This document shows positions 21,512-30,796 of a DNA stretch of 64,000 bases, in pieces. Source of the stretch: an uncultured delta proteobacterium (GTDB lineage: Bacteria; Desulfobacterota; Binatia; DP-6); the NCBI GenBank assembly GCA_963815115.1, contig CAWFFN010000012.1:704001-768000 (forward strand), given 5' to 3'. A model generated the notes under the pieces. The model saw only the letters and a list, made by a program, of their open reading frames with translations, made no database searches and was not told where the DNA came from. Position 1 is the first letter of the stretch. Every line of letters starts with the position of its first letter. A program made the translations under genes and the position numbers.

Positions 21512-22387
21512 ATGGAACGTCGCTGGCTCGCGCTGTTCGGCGTGATCGCCTTTCTCATCGCGGTCTGGAACCTGGCGCTCTTCACCGTGCCGCAGTGGAT
21601 GCAGGCCATGGTGGTGCAGCTGGGCGAGCCCGTGCGCGTGGTGCGCGAGCCGGGGCTGTACTGGAAGATCCCGTTCATCCAGCAGGTGACCTACTTCGAT
21701 CGCCGGCTCCTCGACTACGACGCCTCGTCGAAGGACATCCTGACCATCGACAAGCAGCAGCTCTCGGTCGACAACTACTCGCGCTGGCGCATCGCCGACC
21801 CTCTCCAGTTCTACCGCACGGTGCGTGACGAGCGTGGTGCGCAGTCGCGTCTCGACGACATCGTCTACTCGGACCTGCGCGAGACGCTCGGCCGTCACAC
21901 GCTGCGGGACATCGTGAGCGACAAGCGCGACCAGCTGATGGCGGACGTCACGGCGCGCAGCGCGGAGAAGGCAAAGGTCTACGGCATCGAGGTGGTCGAC
22001 GTGCGCATCAAGCGCGCCGACCTGCCCGAGAAGAACGAGCAGACCGTGTTCGGCCGCATGCGCAGCGAGCGCGAGCGGCAGGCGAAGAAATTCCGCGCCG
22101 AGGGCGACGAGGAGGCGCGCAAGATCCGCTCCGAGTCCGACAAGCAGGTCCAGATCCTCCTCGCCGACGCCACCCAGCAGGGCCAGGTGATCCGCGGCGA
22201 GGGCGACGCCAACGCCACCCGCGTCTTCGCCGAGGCCTACGGCCGCGATCCCGAGTTCTACGCCTTCCAGCGCACCCTCGAGGCCTATCGCACGGCGCTC
22301 GCGAGCGGCACCACGGTGATCCTGTCGCCGAAGAGCGAGTTCTTCCGCTTCCTCGAACGGGCCGAGTCGGGTGGTGAGACCAAGTGA
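21512..22387 (+). CDS. hflC: FtsH protease modulator HflC
   Basis: [45 protein letters not shown]; directly follows hflK. Confidence 0.93.
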   Translation: MERRWLALFGVIAFLIAVWNLALFTVPQWMQAMVVQLGEPVRVVREPGLYWKIPFIQQVTYFDRRLLDYDASSKDILTIDKQQLSVDNYSRWRIADPLQFYRTVRDERGAQSRLDDIVYSDLRETLGRHTLRDIVSDKRDQLMADVTARSAEKAKVYGIEVVDVRIKRADLPEKNEQTVFGRMRSERERQAKKFRAEGDEEARKIRSESDKQVQILLADATQQGQVIRGEGDANATRVFAEAYGRDPEFYAFQRTLEAYRTALASGTTVILSPKSEFFRFLERAESGGETK

Positions 22388-22677
22388 TCCGGGCGCTCTT
22401 CTTCCTGATCCTGGCGATCGTGGTGGCGCGCGTGGTGCGCGGGCTGCTCGCACCGCCGCGTCCGGCGAGCGACCGCGAGGCACCGTCGAGGTGGGACCCG
22501 TGGGCGGTCCTCGGCGTCACGCGCGGCGCCTCGCGCGACGAGATCGTGCGCGCCTACCGCGAGCAGCTCAAGCGCTACCATCCCGATCGCGTCGCGGACC
22601 TCGGTCCGGAGCTGCAGGAGGTGGCGCACCGGAAGACCGTGGAGCTGCAGCGCGCCTACGCCGAGCTGAACGGATAG
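22384..22677 (+). CDS. Small membrane-anchored J-domain protein
   Basis: N-terminal TM; DPWAVLGV...YHPDRV...QRAYAEL; overlaps the hflC stop. Confidence 0.85.
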   Translation: MIRALFFLILAIVVARVVRGLLAPPRPASDREAPSRWDPWAVLGVTRGASRDEIVRAYREQLKRYHPDRVADLGPELQEVAHRKTVELQRAYAELNG

Positions 22678-22784
22678 CGGGAACGCGGGCCGCCGGTCAG
22701 ACGTTCATTTATTTCACGCCGCTCGGGTGGGCGCGGCGCGCCGCCGTTCCCGCCGGCGCGCTGGCGCGTGGCAGGAACCGTGCG

Positions 22785-23132
22785 GTGAATGTCCTTGCCG
22801 CCCGCGATGTTGCCACCGAGCTGCGTCACGTGACGGCCGATGCCGGCCTCATCGTCATGCCGACCGACACGCCCGCGTCGCTTCCCGCTCCCGACCTGGT
22901 GGTGATTCCCGGATCGAGCCGTCCCTTCGGGCCGCTCGCGGATCGGGCGCTCCTCGACTGGGTGAGGCAGGCGGCACGATCGGCGACGTGGCTCGCCTCG
23001 GTGTGCACCGGCGCCGGATCACCGGAGAAGGCGGGCCCGGATCTGGTCGCAGCGACGCTGGCGCAATTCGCCGGCGGCGTCGATCCGGCCGATCTCGACC
23101 CGGCGATGCGCGAGCGGCTGGTAACGAGCTGA
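22785..23132 (+). pseudogene. DJ-1/PfpI (isonitrile hydratase-like) remnant with internal deletion
   Basis: VTADAGL, PDLVVIPG and WLASVCTGA are joined directly to the C-terminal-type GSPEKA motif; the N-terminus is also missing. Confidence 0.6.
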
Positions 23133-23303
23133 AGCCGCGCCACCGCGACGACTCGACCGGGCACGGCTACCCCTCAGGCCGGTGCGCTTGCCCCCGGCGC
23201 CGATCCCGGGTCGAGGTATCCTGCCGGCCCTACACCGCGCCCGACCACCATGGTAAGCCGCGTCGGACGGCCCGACCCCGCCGCCCAGACGATGCCTTGC
23301 AGG

Positions 23304-24713
23304 ATGCCATCCCGCTCCCTGATCGGATCGCTGCTCTCCCTCCTGATCTGCGGGATGGCGCTCGCGGTTCCACCCGCAGGCCCCACGGGCGCCCTGAACG
23401 CCGATCCCGCCCAGGTCCAGCGCATGCTGAAGCTGCTCGCCGGCGTCGCGAGCGAGTACCGCGAGGCGTTCGACGATCAGGGTGCGGTGGTGCGCCCGAT
23501 CGACTTCGACGAGACGCGCCTCCTGCTCGGCGAGGTGGAGGAGCTGAGCGCGCCGTTGCGTGCGGCCGATCCGGGGCTGAAGGACATCATCACGGCGCTT
23601 TCCTCGCTGGTCGGCATGCACGTCCCCCCGAACGTCGTCGCAGCCTACACGGAGGTCGCGCGGCGCTACCTCACGAGCGCCACCGGCGTGCGTGAGGAGA
23701 TCCTGCCCCGGGAGCGGCCGTCGCCGGCGCGCGGGCAGGCCCTGTTCCAGGAGAACTGTGCGGGCTGTCATGGCGCGGGCGGGGCGGGCGACGGTCCGGA
23801 TGCGGCGCACCTCGCGATCACGCCTGCCAACTTCACCGATCGCGCCTTCATGCGTGGCGAAACGCCCCGCGACGCCTTCAACGTCATCATGCTGGGGCGC
23901 CAGAAGAGCGGCATGCCGGCGTGGGGTGACTCGCTCTCGCCGCAGCAGGCGTGGGATCTGGTGAGCTACGTCTGGTCGCTCGGCAGGACGCCCGCCGAGG
24001 TCGAGGCCGGGCGGCAGGTCTACGGCGCGCGCTGTGCCGGCTGTCACGGCGCCAGCGGCGATCCGGCGACCTCCGGTGCGCCCATCCTCGAGCGCCCGGG
24101 CCGCAGCCTGGCGGCGCTGGTCGACGGCGCCGGTCGTGCCGACGCGGACGTGTTCGCGGCCGTCGGCGGAGGCGTCGCGAACACAGCGATGCCCGCATTC
24201 GGACAGGTCCTGAGCGACGATCAGCGGTGGGCGGTCGTCGCCTTCGTGCGGACGCTGTCGCTCGAGGGCGCCCCGGGGACGTCCGGCGATCCGATGGAGC
24301 CCGATCACGTGGCCGAGCTGGGCGAGGTCCGGCGGGCGGTCGGCGCCGCGCTCGAGGCGCACCGGCGCGGGGACCCGGGCGCGATGGCCTTCGCGACCAA
24401 CGCCTATCTCCGCTTCGAGCCGCTGGAGAAGCTCCTGGCGGAGAGCGACGCCAGCCGCATCGACCCGCTCGAGCAGGCCTTCGTCGCCTTCCGTACCGCG
24501 CTCGGCAACCCCGCGGCCGGCGATGCAGACCTGCGCGGCCGCCAGCTGCAGGATGCCCTGGACGGTGCCGCCCCTCTCCTGCGGCCCCGCGGCGGGCCGG
24601 CGGGAGGCGCACCGCTCGAGAGGCGTCTCGCGCTGGTGCTGAGCGCCGGGCTCGTGCTGCTCGCCATGGCCTACGCCATCCGGCTCTACTCGCGGCGTCC
24701 GATGACGCCGTGA
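23304..24713 (+). CDS. Dihaem c-type cytochrome, PbrT/FTR1 N-terminal-like, with C-terminal TM anchor
   Basis: Signal peptide, two CAGCHG haem motifs each followed by MPAW/MPAF, AYLRFEPLE segment, terminal TM. Confidence 0.8.
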   Translation: MPSRSLIGSLLSLLICGMALAVPPAGPTGALNADPAQVQRMLKLLAGVASEYREAFDDQGAVVRPIDFDETRLLLGEVEELSAPLRAADPGLKDIITALSSLVGMHVPPNVVAAYTEVARRYLTSATGVREEILPRERPSPARGQALFQENCAGCHGAGGAGDGPDAAHLAITPANFTDRAFMRGETPRDAFNVIMLGRQKSGMPAWGDSLSPQQAWDLVSYVWSLGRTPAEVEAGRQVYGARCAGCHGASGDPATSGAPILERPGRSLAALVDGAGRADADVFAAVGGGVANTAMPAFGQVLSDDQRWAVVAFVRTLSLEGAPGTSGDPMEPDHVAELGEVRRAVGAALEAHRRGDPGAMAFATNAYLRFEPLEKLLAESDASRIDPLEQAFVAFRTALGNPAAGDADLRGRQLQDALDGAAPLLRPRGGPAGGAPLERRLALVLSAGLVLLAMAYAIRLYSRRPMTP

Positions 24714-24829
24714 CGAGAATTGTCTTGACGCGAATTCGCTCGACCACGTATCCAACTAAAGGTGGACGTTTGCCGTCCTCGTCCTCCTGGGCGGGGGCCG
24801 GAATGCCAGAGCACATCGGGAGAGTGACC

Positions 24830-26377
24830 ATGACGACGTGTTCGAGAATTCGTGACGCGCTGCTCGCGGCCGGGGTTGGTGCCGTTCTGGTCCTGGGCGC
24901 TCCCGCCGCGCAGGCCGACGGCAACCTCAACAACGTGAATCACATCATCATCGTGATGCAGGAGAACCACTCCTACGACAACTACTTCGGCGTGCTGGGG
25001 TACGTGCCGAACTCGCCGTACCACAACACCAAGAAGCATCGGGGCTGCGCCCCGACCGACACCACCTGCGTCGACGGCCTCAAGTGCAAGGTTCCGGTGA
25101 AGACCGGCGTGCTCACCTGCTCCAACAAGAACCCGAGCAACTTCCCGGGGACCGTCAGGTCGTTCCACGAGCCGCGCTTCTGCACCGGCCCGGACCTCGA
25201 TCACAGCTGGGACGGCAGCCACCAGGAAGGCAACTTCAAGAAGGTCAACAACATGCTGCGGTCGAGCCCGAACAACGGCTTCGTCCGGGTGAGCGCGGAG
25301 ACGGAAGGAGGGGACCAGATCTTCAACCACGACACGATGGGGTACTACGACGACGGCGACCTTCCCTTCTACTACGACATCGCCAAGAACTTCGCGATCA
25401 GCGATCGGTACTTCTGCGCCGTGATCGGCCAGACCTTCCCGAACCGCTCCTACCTGGTCGCCGGCACGTCGTTCGGCCACCTCACGACGAGCGAGGTCTT
25501 CCCCCCGTCGGGCGGCTACAAGCCGATCACGGGCACGATCTACGACCGGCTCGAGGCCGCCGGCGTCTCATGGGTCGACTACTACACCGATCTGCCGTAC
25601 TCCTTGATCTTCCGGCCGGCCGTCTTCACCGAGCATCAGAAGAACATCTCGACCTTCGCCGCCGATGCCGCCGCGGGCACGCTGCCGTCGGTGGCGTTCG
25701 TCGACGCCGCGATCCTGGTGGACCAGCCGCTCAACGGATCCAACTACGAGACCGACGAGCATCCCCCCGCGAACATCCGCGCCGGTCAGTACGTGGTCTC
25801 CCAGGTCATGACCGCGCTTCGCAACAGCCCGAGCTGGAACGACTCGATCGTCTTCCTGACCTACGACGAGCACGGCGGCTACTACGACCACGTCATGCCG
25901 GCCCCGGCGAATCAGGGCGGCGCCGACACACCTGACGGGATCCAGCCGGGACAGTGCGCCGACGCGTCGAGCCTGCCCGCAAGCGCGCAGCCCGGAGGCG
26001 GCGTGCAATGCGATCACAGCTCGACCATGGACGCGCCCGGCATCTGCCCCGACTTCTCCCCGACCGGTACCTATCCCGCCGCGTGCTCCAGCTTCGACCA
26101 GCTCGGGTTCCGCGTTCCGCTGGTGGCGGTCTCCCCGTTCTCGAAGCCGCACTACGTCTCCCACGTGGTGAACTCCCACACCTCGTTCCTGGCGCTCATC
26201 GAGAAGCGGTTTGCCCTGGCGCCGCTGACGGCGAGAGACGCCAACGCCAACGACTTCGAGGACATGTTCGACTTCGACAACTCGCCGTCGCTGAGCATGC
26301 CGCTCGCCGTCGCCGCGCCCCTGCCGCGGCAGCCGCCGGCGGTCGTTCCGGGAGACCCCGGCTGCCCGTTCTCGTGA
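24830..26377 (+). CDS. Secreted phospholipase C / phosphoesterase family protein
   Basis: HIIIVMQENHSYDNYFG, TFPNRSY, DEHPP, LTYDEHGGYYDHV, GFRVPLVAVSPFSK. Confidence 0.9.
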   Translation: MTTCSRIRDALLAAGVGAVLVLGAPAAQADGNLNNVNHIIIVMQENHSYDNYFGVLGYVPNSPYHNTKKHRGCAPTDTTCVDGLKCKVPVKTGVLTCSNKNPSNFPGTVRSFHEPRFCTGPDLDHSWDGSHQEGNFKKVNNMLRSSPNNGFVRVSAETEGGDQIFNHDTMGYYDDGDLPFYYDIAKNFAISDRYFCAVIGQTFPNRSYLVAGTSFGHLTTSEVFPPSGGYKPITGTIYDRLEAAGVSWVDYYTDLPYSLIFRPAVFTEHQKNISTFAADAAAGTLPSVAFVDAAILVDQPLNGSNYETDEHPPANIRAGQYVVSQVMTALRNSPSWNDSIVFLTYDEHGGYYDHVMPAPANQGGADTPDGIQPGQCADASSLPASAQPGGGVQCDHSSTMDAPGICPDFSPTGTYPAACSSFDQLGFRVPLVAVSPFSKPHYVSHVVNSHTSFLALIEKRFALAPLTARDANANDFEDMFDFDNSPSLSMPLAVAAPLPRQPPAVVPGDPGCPFS

Positions 26378-26381
26378 TCCG

Positions 26382-27191
26382 TCAGCGACCGTAGCGCAGG
26401 CAGATGGCGGCTTCGGGTGACCGCACCCGGAAGGTGAGGCTCTCGAGCACGTAGAGGTTCACCTTCGCGGCGTCGTGGCTGGTGTAGCCGATCGACAGGT
26501 CGCGCCCGACCACCAGCTCGAAATCGCCGCCGCGGGTGCTGAGCACCACCGCGCCGTCGACACCCGGCGCCCACAGCACGTCGCCGTCGAGGACGTGCTT
26601 GACGACGTCGAGGACGGGAAAGCCTCCGGGGCCCATCGCCTGCATCAGACCGGTGTAGCACCGGGGACCGAGGGCGATGGCATAGGGTCCGCCGACGCCC
26701 GCCATCTTGAGGGTACGCACCGCCTCGGCGACGGTCGACGGATAGGCATGGTAGTTGTCCTCGATCCGGAGCGCCTTGTGCGGCGTGCGCTCGCAGATGC
26801 CGGCGATGCCCGCGGCGGTCCAGCCATGGAAGACCGCCCGGTCCTCGGCACGCGCGATCTGGATACATGCCTGGACGAGCGGATCGAAATCCGGATCGAC
26901 CGCGCCGCGCGCGATGTTGTCGAGCTCGACCCGCGACAGGGCGAACGGCGCGCGCAGCTCGGCCAGCGGCTGCACCTGACGCAGCGCGCCCGTCACCCCC
27001 TCGGCCGGCGCGCCCTTGAGCGCATCCACGCGGCCGAGGTTCATGGCGCTCTCGTGCCAGCCCTTGGGGCCCACGAAGTCGACCAGCTTGCGAGCGGCCA
27101 GCTCGACGCCGAGCGCCTGGCGCGCCTGGTCGTCGATTTGCTTCCAGGCCGAGTCCGAGATGGGAGCGAGGTCGCGAAGGAGATCGTTCAT
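26382..27191 (-). CDS. Family 1 encapsulin nanocompartment shell protein (linocin M18 type)
   Basis: MNDLLRDLAPISDSAWKQID, ARKLVDFVGPKGW, ARAEDRAVFHG, STRGGDFEL..GRDLSIGY. Confidence 0.95.
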   Translation of the reverse strand: MNDLLRDLAPISDSAWKQIDDQARQALGVELAARKLVDFVGPKGWHESAMNLGRVDALKGAPAEGVTGALRQVQPLAELRAPFALSRVELDNIARGAVDPDFDPLVQACIQIARAEDRAVFHGWTAAGIAGICERTPHKALRIEDNYHAYPSTVAEAVRTLKMAGVGGPYAIALGPRCYTGLMQAMGPGGFPVLDVVKHVLDGDVLWAPGVDGAVVLSTRGGDFELVVGRDLSIGYTSHDAAKVNLYVLESLTFRVRSPEAAICLRYGR

Positions 27192-27209
27192 GCGTGCCTC
27201 CGGGTGGCG

Positions 27210-27581
27210 CTAGCGCTTGAGGCTGCCGATGCCGAGCGAGCCGTCGCCGGCGGACGCGCCGCCGGCCTGTCCGCCGCCCTCGGCGGCGGCCTCGCGGCCG
27301 ACGATTGACCCCTCGCCGAAGAGGTACGTGTGCAGCACCTCGTTGAACTTCGCGTCGTGCCGCCGCAGCCACTCGAGCGTCATCGCCGCGTGCTCCTTCT
27401 CCTCATCCCGATTGTGCGCGAGGATCTTCTTCAGCTCCTCATCGCCCGCCGCGTCGACCCGCTGATCGTACCAGTCGATGGCCTCGAGCTCTTCCCCCAG
27501 CGAGGTGATGGCACGGTGACGGTCGACCGTCTCCGGCTTGAGCAGCTTCGCGGCCTCGTGCAGTCCTGCGCTCTGCGGCAT
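27210..27581 (-). CDS. Encapsulin-associated ferritin-like protein (EncFtn/Flp) with C-terminal cargo-loading peptide
   Basis: HRAITSLGEELEAIDWYDQR...HNRDEEKEHAAM; Gly/Ala linker followed by DGSLGIGSLKR. Confidence 0.95.
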   Translation of the reverse strand: MPQSAGLHEAAKLLKPETVDRHRAITSLGEELEAIDWYDQRVDAAGDEELKKILAHNRDEEKEHAAMTLEWLRRHDAKFNEVLHTYLFGEGSIVGREAAAEGGGQAGGASAGDGSLGIGSLKR

Positions 27582-27631
27582 TCGTCACTCCTCCCCGATC
27601 CCGCGCGTTCTCGTGCAAGCGTGGACGCGAG

Positions 27632-28579
27632 TCAACCCTGCGGGCGCGGGCCCAGCTCCTCCCGGATCGAGTACAGCTTCTGGCGCGCGTCGACGAGGTA
27701 GGCGTCGAGGTTGCGGCGATGATTCGCGAAGATGCCGGCGGGGCTGCCGTCGAGCACGACGAGAGGCTTCGCGCTCGCCGCGGCACCGAGCGAGTCGGCC
27801 ACCTCCTCGAGCAGCTTGTGGAGCGTCGGGCGGCCTGCCAGGTCGTCGTGATACTCGCGAAGCAGCGCCAGCGACAGATGGTGCATGACGTGGGCCACGC
27901 CCTGCGCGTGGTAGAAGTAATCGTCGGTGCGCCAGGGCGGCACGCGGCTGCCGTCGCTCTCGCGATCCTTGAAGAGGTTGGCGTGCGCGTCGCCCAGCAT
28001 GTCGCCCCAGCTCTGCACGAGGCGGATCAGCTCGATGACCCGCCCGGTGACGGGCTTCGACTTGGGCGGCGTCGTGCGCAGGCCGTCGATGTACCGCCGC
28101 AGCGCCGCGACCCCCTCGCGAAACTTGCTCTCGGCGGACGGCCACATGAATCGGTTCTCGTCGTTGCGAAACGCGGTGTCTGCGACGACGAGGTTGGGGT
28201 CGTACTCGGTCGACGACACCTTGGTCAGGTGGTCCTTGAGCACGCGGAGGCTCTCGCGCACGGCGAGGATGATGCCACGCTGGCGGTTGGCGTTGTTGTC
28301 GGCGAGGACGTCCGGACCCCAGAGCGCGAAGTCGTTCGGCCGCCAGCCGGTGCCGTCACGCAGCTCGTGGTCCATGATCGCCGCCAGGGTGAAGGCATAG
28401 ATCTCCCCGGGCACGAAGGGACGTTCGGGGGGGTACTCGGCCAGCACGTCGACCGGGAGCCGGTCGTGCGCCTTCTGCGTGAAGTGGAGCACCAGCGGGA
28501 TCGACAGCCCGAGCGCGAGCAGCACCACGAGCACGACCACGGCGGCGTTCCCTCGCTGCGCGTGGCGAGGCGGCGGCAT
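27632..28579 (-). CDS. DUF2333-like membrane-anchored protein
   Basis: N-terminal TM; GWRPND, DNNANRQRG, WPSAESKF, DDYFYHAQG, PLVVLDG...FANHR. Confidence 0.7.
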   Translation of the reverse strand: MPPPRHAQRGNAAVVVLVVLLALGLSIPLVLHFTQKAHDRLPVDVLAEYPPERPFVPGEIYAFTLAAIMDHELRDGTGWRPNDFALWGPDVLADNNANRQRGIILAVRESLRVLKDHLTKVSSTEYDPNLVVADTAFRNDENRFMWPSAESKFREGVAALRRYIDGLRTTPPKSKPVTGRVIELIRLVQSWGDMLGDAHANLFKDRESDGSRVPPWRTDDYFYHAQGVAHVMHHLSLALLREYHDDLAGRPTLHKLLEEVADSLGAAASAKPLVVLDGSPAGIFANHRRNLDAYLVDARQKLYSIREELGPRPQG

Positions 28580-28712
28580 CGGCGTACGGCTAGCACGCGC
28601 CGCCGGTCCGCGGAAGCTGGACCGAGCGGCGGCGCGGGGGAGAAGCGCGTGCGCAAACGACCCGCCGGAATGCGCTGGACCTCCGGCGCGTCCGCTGCTA
28701 CCGCGGAAGCCG

Positions 28713-29093
28713 ATGGCGCTCGTGCTGCTGGTGCTCGCGGCCCTGCTGGTGGCCATGCCCGCAGGCGCCGGCGACGACTATGGACGGCCCCAGGGCAAGC
28801 AGCCCGAAGCCTGGGACCGGCTGAGGGCGATCGACAAATCGATGCAGCACGATGCCGACCACCCCGAGGCAATGGGCGAGGATCCGGGCGATGACGACGA
28901 GCCAGGCGACCTCGGCGCGAAGGCGCCCGCACGCCGCGCCGCTCCGGCGGCGCCCGCGCCCCCCGCGGCTCCCGGTCGCATGCCAGCAACCCCAGGGCGT
29001 CCGCCTGCGGCGCCGACCCGGCCGAACGGGCTCGAGAACCCGATCGGCAGGAGCCCGCTCGCTCCCGAGCCGCCGCCAGCCGACGAGGACTAG
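28713..29093 (+). CDS. Small secreted Pro/Ala-rich hypothetical protein
   Basis: Signal peptide MALVLLVLAALLVAMPAGA followed by low-complexity sequence. Confidence 0.55.
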   Translation: MALVLLVLAALLVAMPAGAGDDYGRPQGKQPEAWDRLRAIDKSMQHDADHPEAMGEDPGDDDEPGDLGAKAPARRAAPAAPAPPAAPGRMPATPGRPPAAPTRPNGLENPIGRSPLAPEPPPADED

Positions 29094-29105
29094 CGACGGG
29101 ACGTC

Positions 29106-30410
29106 ATGCCGCGGGCGAGCTCTCCGCTCGACGACGAAACGCGACACCTTCTCGTCTACCGCTTCCGGGCGGGGCTCGGGCTCGTCCTCGTCGCCGTCGT
29201 GGTCTTCGCGCTGACCGATCCGCAGGTCCATCCGGAAAGCTTCCGGCAACTCTACCGCCTGGATGCCCTGGAGATCGCGGTCGTGCTCGGTGCCTTCTGG
29301 CTCGTGGGCATCGCCGCCACGGAGACCCAGGTGATCGTCGTCGCCCTGGTCGCGGTGAGCGTCCTCTGCTGCATCACGGCAGTTGCCGGCGCCGTCGCGC
29401 ACGACGCCGCCACCGCGCCCCTCCTGCTCCTCGTCCTCACCCTCGGTGCGGCCACGCTTCTTCCCTGGGGTGTCTGGCCGCAGCTCGTTCTCCAGGTCGT
29501 GGCGACGCTCGCGATCCTGTGGAGCGTCCATCGGGTGCACGGCCTCGAGTCGGCGTCCTCGCTTCCCGTTGCGGTGATCGTGGGTGGCGTGGTCGCGCTG
29601 TACGCGGCGGGCGACTCGGCGCGCTACCATCGCGAGCGGCGCCGGGCGGAGAAGGCCGAAGCGGAGGTGCGAGCCCGCAAGCACCAGGCCGAGCTGGCGC
29701 ACGCCGCCCGGCTCAGCACGCTCGGCGGCATGGCTGCCGGACTGGCGCACGAGATCAACCAGCCGCTGGCAGCGATCGTCAGCTACGCGCGGGGAAGTGC
29801 CCGGCGGCTGCGAGGCGGCGACCTCCAGCCCGATGCGTTGCTGGAGATCGTCGAGTCGATCGCTGCGCAGGCGGTGCGAGCCGGGGCCGTGTTACGCCGC
29901 ATTCGCGACTTCGTCCGCCACCACGAGCTGCCCCGCGAACGCATCGATCTCACCAACCTCGTGCGAGAGGCGGTGCGCTTCGCCGAGGTCGAGGCCCGGC
30001 AGCTCGGGATCGCGTTGCGCGTCGAACCCTCCGCGGCGCCGCTCGAGGTCGAGGTGGACGTGGTACAGATAGAGCAGGTGATCCTGAACCTGGTGCGCAA
30101 CGCCTTCGAGGCGACCACGGGCCGGCTGGACGGCACGCGCACGGTCACCATCTGCAGCCTGCGATCGGCGAGAGGCGCCGAGGTGACCGTCAGCGACACC
30201 GGATCGGGTGTGCCGGCGGACACGGCGGGGCGGCTCTTCGAGCCCTTCTTCACGACGAAGGGCGACGGCCTGGGCCTGGGCCTGTCGATCAGCCGCTCGA
30301 TCGTCGAAGCACACGGCGGGACGCTGTGGGCGGTGCCCAACGCCCCCCGGGGGATGACGTTCCACATGGAGCTGCCGGGTCCTCGCGGCGCTCCGGGCGT
30401 GGCGGCCTGA
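29106..30410 (+). CDS. Membrane sensor histidine kinase (FixL/TtrS-like core), orphan
   Basis: About 6 TM segments; LAHEINQPL, QVILNLVRNA, DTGSG, LFEPFFTTK, GLGLGLSI. Confidence 0.92.
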   Translation: MPRASSPLDDETRHLLVYRFRAGLGLVLVAVVVFALTDPQVHPESFRQLYRLDALEIAVVLGAFWLVGIAATETQVIVVALVAVSVLCCITAVAGAVAHDAATAPLLLLVLTLGAATLLPWGVWPQLVLQVVATLAILWSVHRVHGLESASSLPVAVIVGGVVALYAAGDSARYHRERRRAEKAEAEVRARKHQAELAHAARLSTLGGMAAGLAHEINQPLAAIVSYARGSARRLRGGDLQPDALLEIVESIAAQAVRAGAVLRRIRDFVRHHELPRERIDLTNLVREAVRFAEVEARQLGIALRVEPSAAPLEVEVDVVQIEQVILNLVRNAFEATTGRLDGTRTVTICSLRSARGAEVTVSDTGSGVPADTAGRLFEPFFTTKGDGLGLGLSISRSIVEAHGGTLWAVPNAPRGMTFHMELPGPRGAPGVAA

Positions 30411-30412
30411 GG

Positions 30413-30601
30413 TCAGGCGACGGCGAGCGCGGGGGAGGTGGTGGTGCCGCCGAGGTTGAAGCGGGCGCCGGCGAAGTTGCCGCACAGGCGCACCGTTCCG
30501 GAGTTGACCAGGTAAATGACCGTGGCGAGCACCTCGGCTTCGCTCTCCGCGTACTCGTTGACTACGTTCACGAGGTCCAACAGGGTGGTCCGAGTTCTCA
30601 T
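30413..30601 (-). CDS. Small hypothetical protein (62 aa)
   Basis: GGAGG RBS; MRTRTTLLDLVNVVNEYAESEAEVLATVIYLVNSGTVRLCGNF; upstream sigma54 motif. Confidence 0.7.
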   Translation of the reverse strand: MRTRTTLLDLVNVVNEYAESEAEVLATVIYLVNSGTVRLCGNFAGARFNLGGTTTSPALAVA

Positions 30602-30642
30602 TGCCTCATCCTCCCTTAGCGCCGTTTCGGCTGCTTCTTCTC

Positions 30643-30657
30643 GCAAGGACGATGCCA
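30643..30657 (-). promoter_or_regulatory. Sigma54 (-24/-12) promoter for the 62-aa ORF
   Basis: Minus strand reads TGGCATCGTCCTTGC (TGGCAY-N5-TTGC). Confidence 0.7.
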
Positions 30658-30709
30658 TCTCCCGGCTTGGGTCATTCTCAGGCCCATCGAGGGTCGGGCG
30701 CGTTCTGGG

Positions 30710-30727
30710 TGTCTCCCGGAGGGGACA
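30710..30727. promoter_or_regulatory. Candidate activator site TGTC-N10-GACA
   Basis: TGTCTCCCGGAGGGGACA has the same geometry as 2015-2032. Confidence 0.35.
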
Positions 30728-30796
30728 GTGGGTAGAATTGTCGCCATCAGTGGTTGACACCTACCGGCCGGGATCCGGGCCCGGCTGACCGTCGCG

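Noticed and set aside
26382-27191. Prophage capsid gene
   Set aside because: The sequence is a family 1 encapsulin with a cognate cargo, and there are no phage genes around it.
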